DNA of 64,000 bases from NCBI GenBank assembly GCA_040954595.2, contig CM082578.2, forward strand, positions 153,740 to 217,739. The letters are read 5' to 3'. Positions 40,158 to 53,100 of this stretch are shown here, piece after piece. The translations under genes were made by a program, and so were the position numbers. This DNA is from Balanoglossus misakiensis (lineage: Eukaryota > Animalia > Hemichordata). The notes beneath the pieces were generated by a model, which saw only the letters and a list, made by a program, of their open reading frames with translations, was not told the origin of the DNA and did not search any database. Position 1 is the first letter of the stretch. Every line of letters begins with the position of its first letter.

Positions 40158-40166
40158 CAGCACACC

Positions 40167-40521
40167 GTTACAAGGAACATCCAGGCGTGAAACGGGGGAC
40201 GAAGACCGTGTTGAGAAACCGCAAAGTCTGGCAAACAAAGCACCTGAGCCCTCGAGCTCGAGCGTTAAATCACAAAGCTCAATTTTAGCGTTCTTAAAAG
40301 AGAACAGAGACGATAGACAAAACGATACTAGTGTCAGTGGAGGTGATGTAACGGATATTGAAGGTGGCGAGGACCGGCGTTATGACACATCAAGAGAAAA
40401 TTTCTCTGAATTGTCTGCTGAATCGCCACCACTGTTGTCATTGACCCAAAGCAAAGAAAATAAGAAAAAACGTAAAAGAAGACGAAAGCAGCAGCAGCAA
40501 GTCAGAATCAAAGGCTACTGA
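40167..40521 (+). pseudogene. LINE ORF1, 3' part (low-complexity acidic region and basic KKKRKRRRK tail)
   Basis: Removing 38394-40166 joins ...ESDSTP to LQGTSRRETG... in frame, giving a 390-aa ORF1 that ends at TGA 40519-40521. Confidence 0.88.
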
Positions 40522-43500
40522 TGGCAGCGCTGAAGTTAGTTACCCTGAATGTCAGGGGTTTCAAAGACAAAACGAAAAGGAACTGTATATATCGCTGGCT
40601 AAAACTCCAAAAAACGAGTATCGCGATTTTACAAGAGTTGCATGGAAATGGAACAGACATTGACACTTGGGAGAAAGAATGGGGAGGGAAAGTATTCTTC
40701 TCGAAAGGTGACAATTATAGCAGAGGAACGGCAATATTGATTGAGCGCAGATGTGACCTCACCATTGATTCCGTGTGGAATGACGACTTCGGAAGAATTT
40801 GCATAATAAACGGTAGCCTTGTAGGTGTTAAGCTTTCAATTTGTAGTGTTTATGCCCCGAATCTCGTGAAACAAAGAACGGAATTCTTGAAAGATCTAGC
40901 TGGCCTGGTTGACACGCACTGCTATTACGAAAATCTTTTTATAGCAGGCGACTTCAATTGTGCACTCAACGACACTTTGGACAGAGCGTCAAGTGTGAAA
41001 TCACGGCAATCACATGATGGATCAAGAAGAGTCTTACGTAGTTTTTGTAATCAGTTTCAACTTATTGATGTTTGGAGGAATTTCCACCCTGGGCAACGGC
41101 AGTTTACTTGGCGAAGATTGGCCCCATCACCGACTCATAGCCGATTAGATTATGTTTTTATCTCAAAGCACCTCGTCAAGAATGTCAAAAAATCGGATAT
41201 TCGTCCTGCTGTATACACAGATCATATGGCTGTTTACGTGGAATTGCAGACCGCTTCAGATTGTAGAGGGCCTGGTACATGGAAACTGAACAATAGGCTT
41301 TTAAAAAATGAAGGCTTTGTCAACGGAGTCAAATCTGTAATCAGAGAGTGTGGTGAGAAGACATTCGAAAATAATCGGATGAAATGGGACATCATGAAGA
41401 AAGAAATTAAAGAATATGCATTGGAATTTACAAGGTATGGAACAAAAGATCACAATAAGGAAATACCGAAGCTTGAGCAACAGCTAAAAGCGGATGAAAG
41501 AAATATGCTGGTGAATCCATCAGATGAAAATATACGGAAATACAGTGAAACCAAACAACGCCTTGAGAATATTTACAACATACTCGCTGAAGGTGCGCAG
41601 ATAAGATCGCGTGCAGCGTGGGTGGAAAAGGGAGAAAGGAATACCAAGTATTTTTATCATTAGAAAAGCGAAATGCAGGAAAAAAGGAAATTAAGGAGCT
41701 GGTGACCAGAAGTGGAAAGTGTGTGACAAAAACGGACGAGATTCTGCGGGAACAAAGAGAATTCTACGAGACGATCTATCAGCGAAAATGTTGCCATCAG
41801 TCGATTGACGATTTTTTGGAAAATAGCAGTTTACCAGGACTAACAGCTCTACAAAGTGAACAGTGCGAAGGTAATTTAACGGAAAGGGAATGTTTGCGCG
41901 CTTTGAAGACCATGGCAGCTAACAAGTCTCCGGGATGTGATGGACTTTCGGTCGAATTTTTTCTTTTCTTTTGGTCAGAAATAAAAACATTTGTCACTTC
42001 ATCTCTCAATGAAGCCTGGTCGTCAGGGGAACTTTCTGCTACACAAAAAAGAGGTATTATTACATTGTTGTATAAAAAGGGAGATGAAAATGACTTGAAT
42101 AATTATAGGCCTGTGTCGCTTTTAAACATTGACTACAAAATTGCCACTAAGGCATTATCAAACAGACTCAAATGTGTTTTACCTACAATTATCCATAGAG
42201 ATCAGACAGGCTATATGAAAGGCCGTTTTATTGGAGAAAACATTCGCCTGATCTCCGATGTTCTAGACTACACTAAAAAGCGGCGTTTGGAAGGAGCGAT
42301 CCTTTTTGTAGATTATGAGAAAGCGTTTGACAGTGTAAATTGGAAATTTTTGTATAGCGTGCTTAAAAAGATGAATTTTGGTCCAGGCTTTATACGCTGG
42401 ATTGAAGTTTTATATAGTAATATTTCTAGTTGTATTGTTTATAAGGGATGGTGCTCTGGATACTTTTCATTACATAGAGGTGTTCGACAGGGATGTTCCC
42501 TCTCGGCTTTATTGTTTTTACTTGTGATCGAAGTACTTGCATGTAAAATAAGACAACACGGGGAGATCAACGGGATCCCCTTATATGGTAATAATACAGC
42601 GAAGATTTCATTATTTGCCGACGACACCACTATTTTTACAAGGGATGGTCGGTCATTAGAAAATGTTTTTAAAGTTATGGATGATTTTCATCAGTGTGGT
42701 GGTTTAAAAATGAGCAACAAGAAAACGAAGGCAATGTGGGTTGGAAAAAACAGAAATAGTGAAAAGAAAATGGGAAATGTTGAATGGACAAATGAGCCCA
42801 TCAAAACGCTTGGTGTGTATTTTGGCTATGACACTGAGAAATGTAACAAACTTAACTGGGAGCCTAAGATTGATAAACTGAAAAAGGTGCTACAAATGTG
42901 GGAAAGGAGAAGGCTTACGTTTTATGGGAGAGTGATGATTACGAAGGTTTTTGCAATTTCACAGATTTTGTTTTTGACATCAGTGATTGGAATACCTGAA
43001 GGCATTAAGTGTGTTGTTCGAAAGCTAATTGATGGTTTTATAAGAAGAAAACGAAATATAAGCAATGTAATACTTCAGAGTGATTATGACAAAGGTGGCA
43101 TCAGATGTGTCAACTTAGACAAGCAAATTGATTCTCTTTATGCAGTATGGGTCAAGAGACTGGTCTTGTGTAAAGGCAACACTTGGTCTGCTATACCATG
43201 GCATTATTTACAAATGGATGACCTTCAGTCATGTAATCTTATTCAGCACAACATTTTCTGGGAATCACTACCAAAGGCTTTAGAGTCTGCGATCCCTGAA
43301 TTTTACGTCAAGGTTTTAAATGCGTGGTACAGTGCAAGTGAAAACATCAAAGGAAACAGAAATGTAATTTTGAAATGGTGTAGCAAGTTTAACTTTTTCT
43401 ACAAATCCTTGAAAAATTGTAAATACGGTATTTGGGATGGAAAACACTGGATTTCCATCAATAACGTTACGTGTAAAGCCATTTATGCGAACATTCCACA

Positions 43501-44077
43501 AAGGAGTCCAAAAGTGGATAAACTTAACAAATGGTACACATTGCTGGAGGTACCAAACCAGACTACAAAAGAAAGTGAAACGGTCTGGAAGAACATACAC
43601 GCAATAACTAAGGAAACAAAGTTGCGGGAATTTCAATGGAAACTTTTACACAGGTTGTTGCCATGTAATAAGTATTTGTTTTATTGGAATAAGAGCAGCA
43701 GTGTGGATTGTGAACTTAGTAAGATACCAGAGTCTCTTGAGCACAAGTACGTGCGTTGTACTATAGCCACATCACTTTGGGCAAAAATCGAGCGCATAAT
43801 TCGGCAACTTTTTTGTAAAGATTTTGTTTTACAAAGCGCTCATATAATTTTCAATTGCATTAGAAGTGTTATGCTTTCGAAATCTAAAGAAAATATTGTA
43901 AATTTATTGATTTTAGTTTGCAAATGGAGTATACATAAATACTGGCTAAGTGAAACCAGAGCACCTTTAATGGTGCTAGTAAAATACGAATTCATATTGA
44001 GATACAAGGTATACAAGGAAATATGCAATAATTCAGAAAGTGCAAGAATTTTTGAAGCTATTATATCTATGATGTGA
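40521..44077 (+). pseudogene. LINE ORF2: APE-type endonuclease plus reverse transcriptase, with a single 1-bp frameshift near 41651-41655
   Basis: Endonuclease motifs: TLNVRG, LQE, VYAPN, AGDFN, SRLDY, TDH. RT motifs: SPGCDG, YRPVSLLNIDYKI, DYEKAFDSV, GVRQG, LFADD. One extra T in the T5 run restores GERNTKYFLSLEKRN and fuses ORFs 40521-41663 and 41618-44077. Confidence 0.95.
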
Positions 44078-44132
44078 GTTTTCGGTTGGTTTCTTTTTTT
44101 TGATATGTTAATGTAACACTGAAAGTTTTTTT

Positions 44133-44165
44133 AATAAAAGATAAAAAAAAAAAAAAAAAAAAAAA
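44133..44165 (+). terminator. LINE polyadenylation signal and poly(A) tail
   Basis: AATAAA at 44133-44138, followed by A23 at 44143-44165 directly before the TSD. Confidence 0.9.
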
Positions 44166-47100
44166 TTACGCCAGTCTGTGTCATATAGAGCCGGTGCACC
44201 AGCCGAGTCACGCCGTAGGAAATCTGACTTGATCAACGTGGTCAATGTACGCCTGTTTCTGCTCTAGAATGCCGGGGCTTCAGCTGAGCCAGGCCGTAGT
44301 AAACCCGACGTGATTACCGTTGTTAACTTACGCCAGTCTGTGTCCTATATATAGTGCCGGGGCATCAGCCGTGCCAGGCCGAAGGAAATGTGAGTAGATC
44401 AACGTGGTCTCTGTACGCGTGTTTCTGCTCTAGAGTGTCAGGGCTTTAGCAAAGCCATGCCGTAGGAAATCTGACTTGATCAACGTTGCTAACGAACGCT
44501 AGTGTCTGTCATAGTGTGCCGGGGTTTTAGTCGAGCCAAGCCGTAGGAGATCAGACTTGATCAACGTGGTCTCTGTACGCGTGTTTCTGCTCTAGAGTGC
44601 CGGGGCTTTATCCAAGCCATGCCGTAGAAAATCTGACTTGATCACCGTTGCTAACGTACGCTAGTGTCTGTCATATTGTGACGGAGATTTAGCCGAGCCA
44701 GGCCGTAGAAAAATCGACTTGTTCAACGTTACCAGTGTGCAACTGTTTCTGCTCTAGAGTGTCAGGGTTTTAGCCGACTTATGCTGTAGGAAATCTGAGT
44801 TGATGCACGGGAATTCAATGTTAGAAAACCCGTGTGGAAAGTATCTCTACCCGTTTGAAACTAAGAAAAGAATTTATTCTTATTTATTTTGTAAAAAAGA
44901 CAATTTTTCGAAAAAAAGTCGATAATGGTAATTTTGTCTTGGGTGATTCAAATTATACCGCCTTTTCTGGAATTTGCAGCACTTTTTACAAGAGAACGAC
45001 ACTTCATGCTCCATAATATTTCCGAAAATGAAGAAAAGAGTTAATTTTTTATGATTTTTTAAAAATTTACCATTTTTGTCAAAATATGGCCAAAATGGCT
45101 ATTTTTCTTGAATTCCGTCAATATCTCTGCATTTTTGGAGTGGTCGAGAGTTTTAACGTACAATCAACATGTCATATATGATCAGGGCACCAAATTCGAA
45201 GAACAAAGGTTTTTTTATTTTTTTTTTCTAAAAATGACATTTTCAAGGAATATTTGCTAAAACGCAATTTTGTCTGCAGTGAGCCAAATTGGCCGTTTTT
45301 TTGTGGAATTTTTATCGATATATATATACGAAGAGCATTCTATACTCCATCAGATTTCCGAAAATGTAGAAAACAGGTATTTTTTGTAATTTTCAAAAAT
45401 TTACCATTTTGACCAAATTGTGGCTAAAATTGTTATTTTCGTGTTGAATGCCGCCAGTGTCACTGCTTTTTAAAGTCATGAAAACTTTTAACATACAAGC
45501 AATTGTTTATATATGATCAGGTCACCGAATTAAAAAAATAAAGAATGTTTTCCCTAAAAATGACCTTTTTGGTGCAAAAACGAATAAAACGCAATTTTGT
45601 ATTAAATCAGCTCATTCAGAGTGCATTTTTTATAATCAGCACCATTTTTACATATAATGGAAATTTCATACATCATCAGATATCCAAATATGAAAAAATG
45701 AATTAGATATATTGAAGATGATTGTCCAAAATTAGCTGATATCTGATAAATGTAGTATTGAACCGTTCTGTTCCCCCCCCCCTACATTACATGCGGTACG
45801 CCGATGTCAGCTTACCCGGCAGTACTGCAGGCCGTGCCCCCAACTAACGTCGGTGTTTGAAACGCCCTGGTTAAATTCGAGCTTTCTCTATAAATTGACA
45901 GGCAATAAAGCAGTCCTACCCGAACAAATGTCGAGTGTTGACCCGCTGTGACTTTCCCTCTTCGGTTTGCCCGACTTAGCCAACGTCTTTGTACTAGAAA
46001 GTCGGGTCTTTTGCAGAGCCAGGCCGAAGGAAATCCGACTTGATCACCGTTGCTAACGAACGCTAGTGTCTGTCATGGTGTGCCGGGGTTTTAGTTGAGC
46101 CAGGCCGTAGGAGATCTGACTTGATCATCGTGGTCAATGTACGCGTGTTTCCGCTCTAAAGTGCCGGTGCTTCAGCTAAACCAGGCCGTAGGAAATCCGA
46201 CGTAATCACCGTTGATAACTTACGCCAGTCTGTGTCATATAGAGCCGGTGCACCAGCCGAGTCACGCCGTAGGAAATCTGACTTGATCAACGTGGTCAAT
46301 GTACGCCTGTTTCTGCTCTAGAGTGCCGGGGCATCAGCCGTGCCAGGCCGAAGGAAATGTGAGTAGATCAACGTGGTCTCTGTACGCGTGTTTCTGCTCT
46401 TGAGTGCCAGGGCTTTAGCCAAGCCATGCCGTAGAAAATCTGACTTGATCACCGTTGCTAACGTACGCTAGTGTCTGTCATATTGTGACGGAGATTTAGC
46501 CGAGCCAGGCCGTAGAAAAATCGACTTGTTCAACGTTACCAGTGTGCAACTGTTTCTGCTCTAGAGTGTCAGGGTTTTAGCCGACTTATGCTGTAGGAAA
46601 TCTGAGTTGATGAACGGGAATTCAATGTTAGAAAACCCGTGTGGAAAGTATCTCTATCCGTTTGAAACTAAGAAAAGAATTTATTCTTATTTATTTTGTA
46701 AAAAAGACAATTTTTCGAAAAAAGTCGAAAATGGTAATTTTGTCTTGGGTGATTCAAATGATACCGCCTTTTCTGGAATTTGCGGCACTTTTTGCAAGAG
46801 AACGACACTTCATGCTCCATAATATTTCCGAAAATGAAGAAAAGAGTTAATTTTTTATGATTTTTTAAAAATTTACCATTTTTGTCAAAATATGGCCAAA
46901 ATGGCTATTTTTTCTTGAATTCCGTCAATATCTCTGCATTTTTGGAGTGGTCGAAAGTTTTAACATACAATCAACATGTCATATATGATCAGGGCACCAA
47001 ATTCGAAGGACAAAGGTGTTTTTATTTTTTTTTCTAAAAATGACATTTTCAAGGAAAATTTGGTAAAACGCAATTTTGTCTGCAGTGAGCCAAATTAGAC

Positions 47101-50100
47101 GGTCTTTTGTGGAATTTGTATCGATATATACATACGAAGAGCATTCTATACTCCATCAGATTTCCGAAAATGTAGAAAACAGGTATTTTTTGTAATTTTC
47201 AAAAATTTACCATTTTGACCAAATTGTGGCTAAAATTGTTATTTTCGTGTTGAATGCCGCCATTGTCACTGCTTTTAAAAGTCATAAAACTTTTAACATA
47301 CAAGCAATTGTTTATATATGATCAGGTCACCGAATTAATAAACTAAAGAATGTTTTGCCTAAAAATGACCTTTTTGGTGCAAAAACGAATAAAACGCAAT
47401 TTTGTATTAAATCAGCTCATTCAGAGTGCATTTTTTATAATCAGCACAATGTTTACATATAATGGAAATTTCATACATGATCAGATATCCAAATATGAAA
47501 AAATGATTTTGATTTTAGATGATTGTCCAAAATTAGCTGATATCTAACAAATGTAGTATTGAACCGTTCTGTTCCCCCCCCCCCTTACATTATATGCGGT
47601 ACGCCGATGTCAGCTTACCCGGCAGTACTGTAGGCCGTGCCCCCAACAAACGTCGGTGTTTGAAACGCCCTGGTTAAATTCGGGCTCTCTCTTTAAATTG
47701 ACAGGCAATAATGCAGTCCTACCGGAACAAATGTCGAGTGTTGAACCGCTGCGACTTTCCCTGTTCGGTTTGCCCGACTTAGCCAACGTCTTTGTACTAG
47801 AGTGTCGGGTCTTTTGCAGAACCAGGCCGAAGGAAATCCGACTTGATCACCGTTGCTAACGAACGCTAGTGTCTGTCATGGTGTGCCGGGGTTTTAGACG
47901 AGCCAGGCCGTAGGAGATCTGACTTGATCATCGTGGTCAATGTACGCGTGTTTCCGCTCTAAAGTGCCGGGGCTTCAGCTAAACCAGGCCGTAGGAAATC
48001 CGATGTAATCACCGTTGATAACTTACGCCAGTCTGTGTCATATAGAGCCGGTGCACCAGCCTAGTCACGCCGTAGGAAATCTGACTTGATCAACGTGGTC
48101 AATGTACGCCTGTTTCTGCTCTAGAGTGCCGGGGCTTCAGCTGAGCCAGGCCGTAGGAAACCCGACGTGATTACCGTTGTTAACTTACGCCAGTCTGTGT
48201 CCTATATATAGTGCCGGGGCATCAGCCGTGCCAGGCCGAAGGAAATGTGAGTAGATCAACGTGGTCTCTGTACGCGTGTTTCTGCTCTAGAGTGCCAGGG
48301 CTTTAGCCAAGCCATGCCGTAGGAAATCTGACTTGATCAACGTTGCTAACGAACGCTAGTGTCTGTCTTAGTGTGCCGGGGTTTTAGTCGAGCCAAGCCG
48401 TAGGAGATCAGACTTGATCAACGTGGTCTCTGTACGCGTGTTTCTGCTCTAGAGTGCCGGGGCTTTATCCAAGCCATGCCGTAGAAAATCTGACTTGATC
48501 ACCGTTGCTAACGTACGCTAGTGTCTGTCATATTGTGACGGAGATTTAGCCGAGCCAGGCCGTAGAAAAATCGACTTGTTCAACGTTACCAGTGTGCAAC
48601 TGTTTCTGCTCTAGAGTGTCAGGGTTTTAGCCGACTTATGCTGTAGGAAATCTGAGTTGATGAACGGGAATTCAATGTTAGAAAACCCGTGTGGAAAGTA
48701 TCTCTATCCGTTTGAAACTAAGAAAAGAATTTATTCTTATTTATTTTGTAAAAAAGACAATTTTTCGAAAAAAGTCGAAAATGGTAATTTTGTCTTGGGT
48801 GATTCAAATGATACCGCCTTTTCTGGAATTTGCAGCACTTTTTGCAAGAGAACGACACTTCATGCTCCATAATATTTCCGAAAATGAAGAAAAGAGTTAA
48901 TTTTTTATGATTTTTTAAAAATTTACCATTTTTGTCAAAATATGGCCAAAATGGCTATTTTTTCTTGAATTCCGTCAATATCTCTGCATTTTTGGAGTGG
49001 TCGAAAGTTTTAACATACAATCAACATGTCATATATGATCAGGGCACCAAATTCGAAGGACAAAGGTGTTTTTATTTTTTTTTCTAAAAATGACATTTTC
49101 AAGGAAAATTTGGTAAAACGCAATTTTGTCTGCAGTGAGCCAAATTAGACGGTCTTTTGTGGAATTTGTATCGATATATACATACGAAGAGCAATCTATA
49201 CTCCATCAGATTTCCGAAAATGTAGAAAACAGGTATTTTTTGTAATTTTCAAAAATTTACCGTTTTGACCAAATTGTGGCTAAAATTGTTATTTTCGTGT
49301 TGAATGCCGCCAGTGTCACTGCTTTTAAAAGTCATAAAAACTTTTAACATACAAGCAATTCTTTATATATGATCAGGTCACCGAATTAAAAAAATAAAGA
49401 ATGTTTTGCCTAAAAATGACCTTTTAGGTGCAAAAACGAATAAAACGTAATTTTGTATTAAATCAGCTCATTCAGAGTGCATTTTTTATAATCAGCACCA
49501 TTTTTACATATAATTGAAATTTCATACATCATTAGATATCCAAATATGAAAAAATGATTTAGATTTTAGATGATTGTCCAAAATTAGCTGATATCTAATA
49601 AATGTAGTATTGAACCGTTCTGTTTGCCCCCCCCCCTTACATTATATGCGGTACGCCGATGTCAGCTTACCCGGCAGTACTGCAGGCCGTGCCCCCAACT
49701 AACGTCGGTGTTTGGAACGCCCTGGTTAAATTCGGGCTTTCTCTATAAATTGACAGGCAATAATGCAGTCCTACCCGAACAAATGTCGAGTGTTGACCCG
49801 CTGTGACTTACCATCTTCGGTTTGCCCGACTTAGCCAACGTCTTTGTACTAGAGTGTCAGGTCTTTTGCAGAGCCAGGCCGAAGGAAATCCGACTTGATC
49901 ACCGTTGCTAACGAACGCTAGTGTCTGTCATGGTGTGCCGGGGTTTTAGTCGAGCCAGGCCGTAGGAGATCTGACTTGATCATCGTGGTCAATGTACGCG
50001 TGTTTCCGCTCTAAAGTGCCGGGGCTTCAGCGAAACCAGACCGTAGGAAATCCGACGTAATCACCGTTGATAACTTACGCCAGTCTGTGTCATATAGAGC

Positions 50101-53100
50101 CGGTGCACAAGCCGAGTCACGCCGTAGGAAATCTGACTTGATCAACGTGGTCAATGTACGCCTGTTTCTGCTCTAGAGTGCCGGGGCTTCAGCTGAACCA
50201 GGCCGTAGGAAACCCGACGTGATTACCGTTGTTAACTTACGCCAGTCTGTGTCCTATATATAGTGCCGGGGCATCAGCCGTGCCAGGCCGAAGGAAATGT
50301 GAGTAGATCAACGTGGTCTCTGTACGCGTGTTTCTGCTCTAGAGTGCCAGGGCTTTAGCCAAGCCATGCCGTAGGAAATCTGACTTGATCAACGTTGCTA
50401 ACGAACGCTAGCGTCTGTCACAGTGTGCCGGGGTTTTAGTCGAGCCAAGCCGTAGGAGATCAGACTTGATCAACGTGGTCTCTGTACGCGTGTTTCTGCT
50501 CTAGAGTGCCGGGGATTTATCCAAGCCATGCCGTAGAAAATCTGACTTCATCACCGTTGCTAACGTACGCTAGTGTCTGTCATATTGTGACGGAGATTTA
50601 GCCGAGCCAGGCCATAGAAAAATCGACTTGTTCAACGTTACCAGTGTGCAACTGTTTCTGCTCTAGAGTGTCAGGGTTTTAGCCGACTTATGCTGTAGGA
50701 AATCTGAGATGATGAACGGGAATTCAATGTTAGAAAACCCTTGTGGAAAGTATCTCTACCCGTTTGAAACTAAGAAAAGAATTTATTCTTATTTATTTTG
50801 TAAAAAAGACAATTTTTCGAAAAAAAGTCGAAAATGGTAATTTTGTCTTGGGTGATTCAAATTATACCGCCTTTTCTGGAATTTGCTGCACTTCTTACAA
50901 GAGAACGACACTTCATGCTCCATAATATTTCGGAAAATGAAGAAAAGAGTTATTTTTTATGATTTTTTAAAAATTTACCATTTTTGTCAAAATATGGCCA
51001 AAATGGCTATTTTTTCTTGAATTCATTCAATATATCTGCATTTTTGGAGTGGTCGAAAGTTTTAACATACAATCAACATGTCATATATGATCAGGGCACC
51101 AAATTCGAAGAACAAAGGTTTTTTTATTTTTTTTCTTCTAAAAATGACATTTTCAAGGAAAATTTGGTAAAACGCAATTTTGTCTGCAGTGAGCCAAATT
51201 AGACGGTCTTTTGTGGAATTTGTATCGATATATACATACGAAGAGCATTCTATACTCCATCAGATTTCCGAAAATGTAGAAAACAGGTATTTTTTTGTAA
51301 TTTTCAAAAATTTACCATTTTGACCAAATTGTGGCTAAAATTGTTATTTTCGTGTTGAATGCCGCCAGTGTCACTGCTTTTAAAAGTCATAAAAACTTTT
51401 AACATACAAGCAATTGTTTATATATGATCAGGTCACCGAATTAAAAAAATAAAGAATGTTTTGCCTAAAAATGACCTTTTTGGTGCAAAAACGAATAAAA
51501 CGCAATTTTGTATTAAATCAGAATGCATTTTTTATAATCAGCACCAGTTTTACATGTAATGGAAATTTAATACATCATCAGATATCCAAATATGAAAAAA
51601 ATGATTTAGATTTTAGATGATTGTCCAAAATTAGCTGATATCTAATAAATGTAGTATTGAACCGTTCTGTTCCCCCCCCCCCCTACATTATATGCGGTAC
51701 GCCGATGTCAGCTTACCCAGCAGTACTGCAGGCCGTGCCCCCAACTAACGTCGGTGTTTGAAACGCCCTGGTTAAATTCGGGCTTTCTCTATAAATTGAC
51801 AGGCAATAATGCAGTCCTACCGGAACAAATGTCGAGTGTTGACCCGCTTTGACTTTCCCTCTTCGGTTTGCCCGACTTAGCCAACGTCTTTGTACTAGAG
51901 TGTCGGGTCTTTTGCAGAGCCAGGCCGAAGGAAATCCGACTTGATCACCGTTGCTAACGAACGCTAGTGTCTGTCATGGTGTGCCGGGGTTTTAGTCGGG
52001 CCAGGCCGTAGGAGATCTGACTTGATCATCGTGGTCAATGTACGCGTGTTTCCGCTCTAAAGTGCCGGGGCTTCAGCTAAACCAGGCCGTAGGACATCCG
52101 CCGTAATCACCGTTGATAACTTACGCCAGTCTGTGTCATATAGAGCCGGTGCACCAGCCGAGTCACGCCGTAGGAAATCTGACTTGATCAACGTGGTCAA
52201 TGTACGCCTGTTTCTGCTCTAGAATGCCGGGGCTTCAGCTGAGCCAGGCCGTAGGAAACCCGACGTGATTACCGTTGTTAACTTACGCCAGTCTGTGTCT
52301 TATATATAGTGCCGGGGCATCAGCCGTGCCAGGCCGAAGGAAATGTGAGTAGATCAACGTGGTCTCTGTACGCGTGTTTCTGCTCTAGAGTGCCTTGGCT
52401 TTAGCCAAGCCATGCCGTAGGAAATCTGACTTGATCAACGTTGCTAACGAACGCTAGTGTCTGTCATAGTGTGCCGGGGTTTTAGTCGAGCCAAGCCGTA
52501 GGAGATCAGACTTGATAAACGTGGTCTCTGTACGCGTGTTTCTGCTCTAGAGTGCCGGGGCTTTATCCAAGCCATGCCGTAGAAAATCTGACTTGATCAC
52601 CGTTGCTAACGTACGCTAGTGTCTGTCATATTGTGACGGACATTTAGCGGAGCCAGGCCGTAGAAAAATTGACTTGTTCAACGTTACCAGTGTGCAACTG
52701 TTTCTGCTCTAGAGTGTCAGGGTTTTAGCCGACTTATGCTGTAGGAAATCTGAGTTGATGAACGGGAATTCAATGTTAGAAAACCCGTGTGGAAAGTATC
52801 TCTACCCGTTTGAAACTAAGAAAAGAATTTATTCTTATTTATTTTGTAAAAAAGACAATTTTTCGAAAACAAGTCGAAAATGGTAATTTTGTCTTGGGTG
52901 ATTTAAATTATACCGCCTTTTCTGGAATTTGCAGCACTTTTTACAAGAGAACGACACTTCATGCTCCATAATATTTCCGAAAAAATAAGAAAAGAGTTAA
53001 TTTTTTATGATTTTTTAAAAATTTACCATTTTTGTCAAAATATGGCCAAAATGGCTATTTTTTCTTGAATTCCGTCAATATCTCTGCATTTTTGGAGTGG

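Larger units (their letters stand above)
37366..44165 (+). mobile_element. Apparently full-length L1/Tx1-clade non-LTR retrotransposon (6800 bp; 5027 bp without the nested insertion)
   Basis: 13-bp TSD TTACGCCAGTCTG at 37353-37365 and 44166-44178. It has a ~210-bp 5' UTR, a zinc-knuckle ORF1, an APE endonuclease plus RT ORF2, AATAAA and an A23 tail. Confidence 0.96.

Noticed and set aside
40024-40521. Independent 165-aa ORF between ORF1 and ORF2
   Set aside because: It is a chimera of the nested element's right end and the displaced C-terminus of ORF1.
41797-44028. Minus-strand ORFs within the LINE
   Set aside because: They are short antisense shadows of ORF2 with no independent support.
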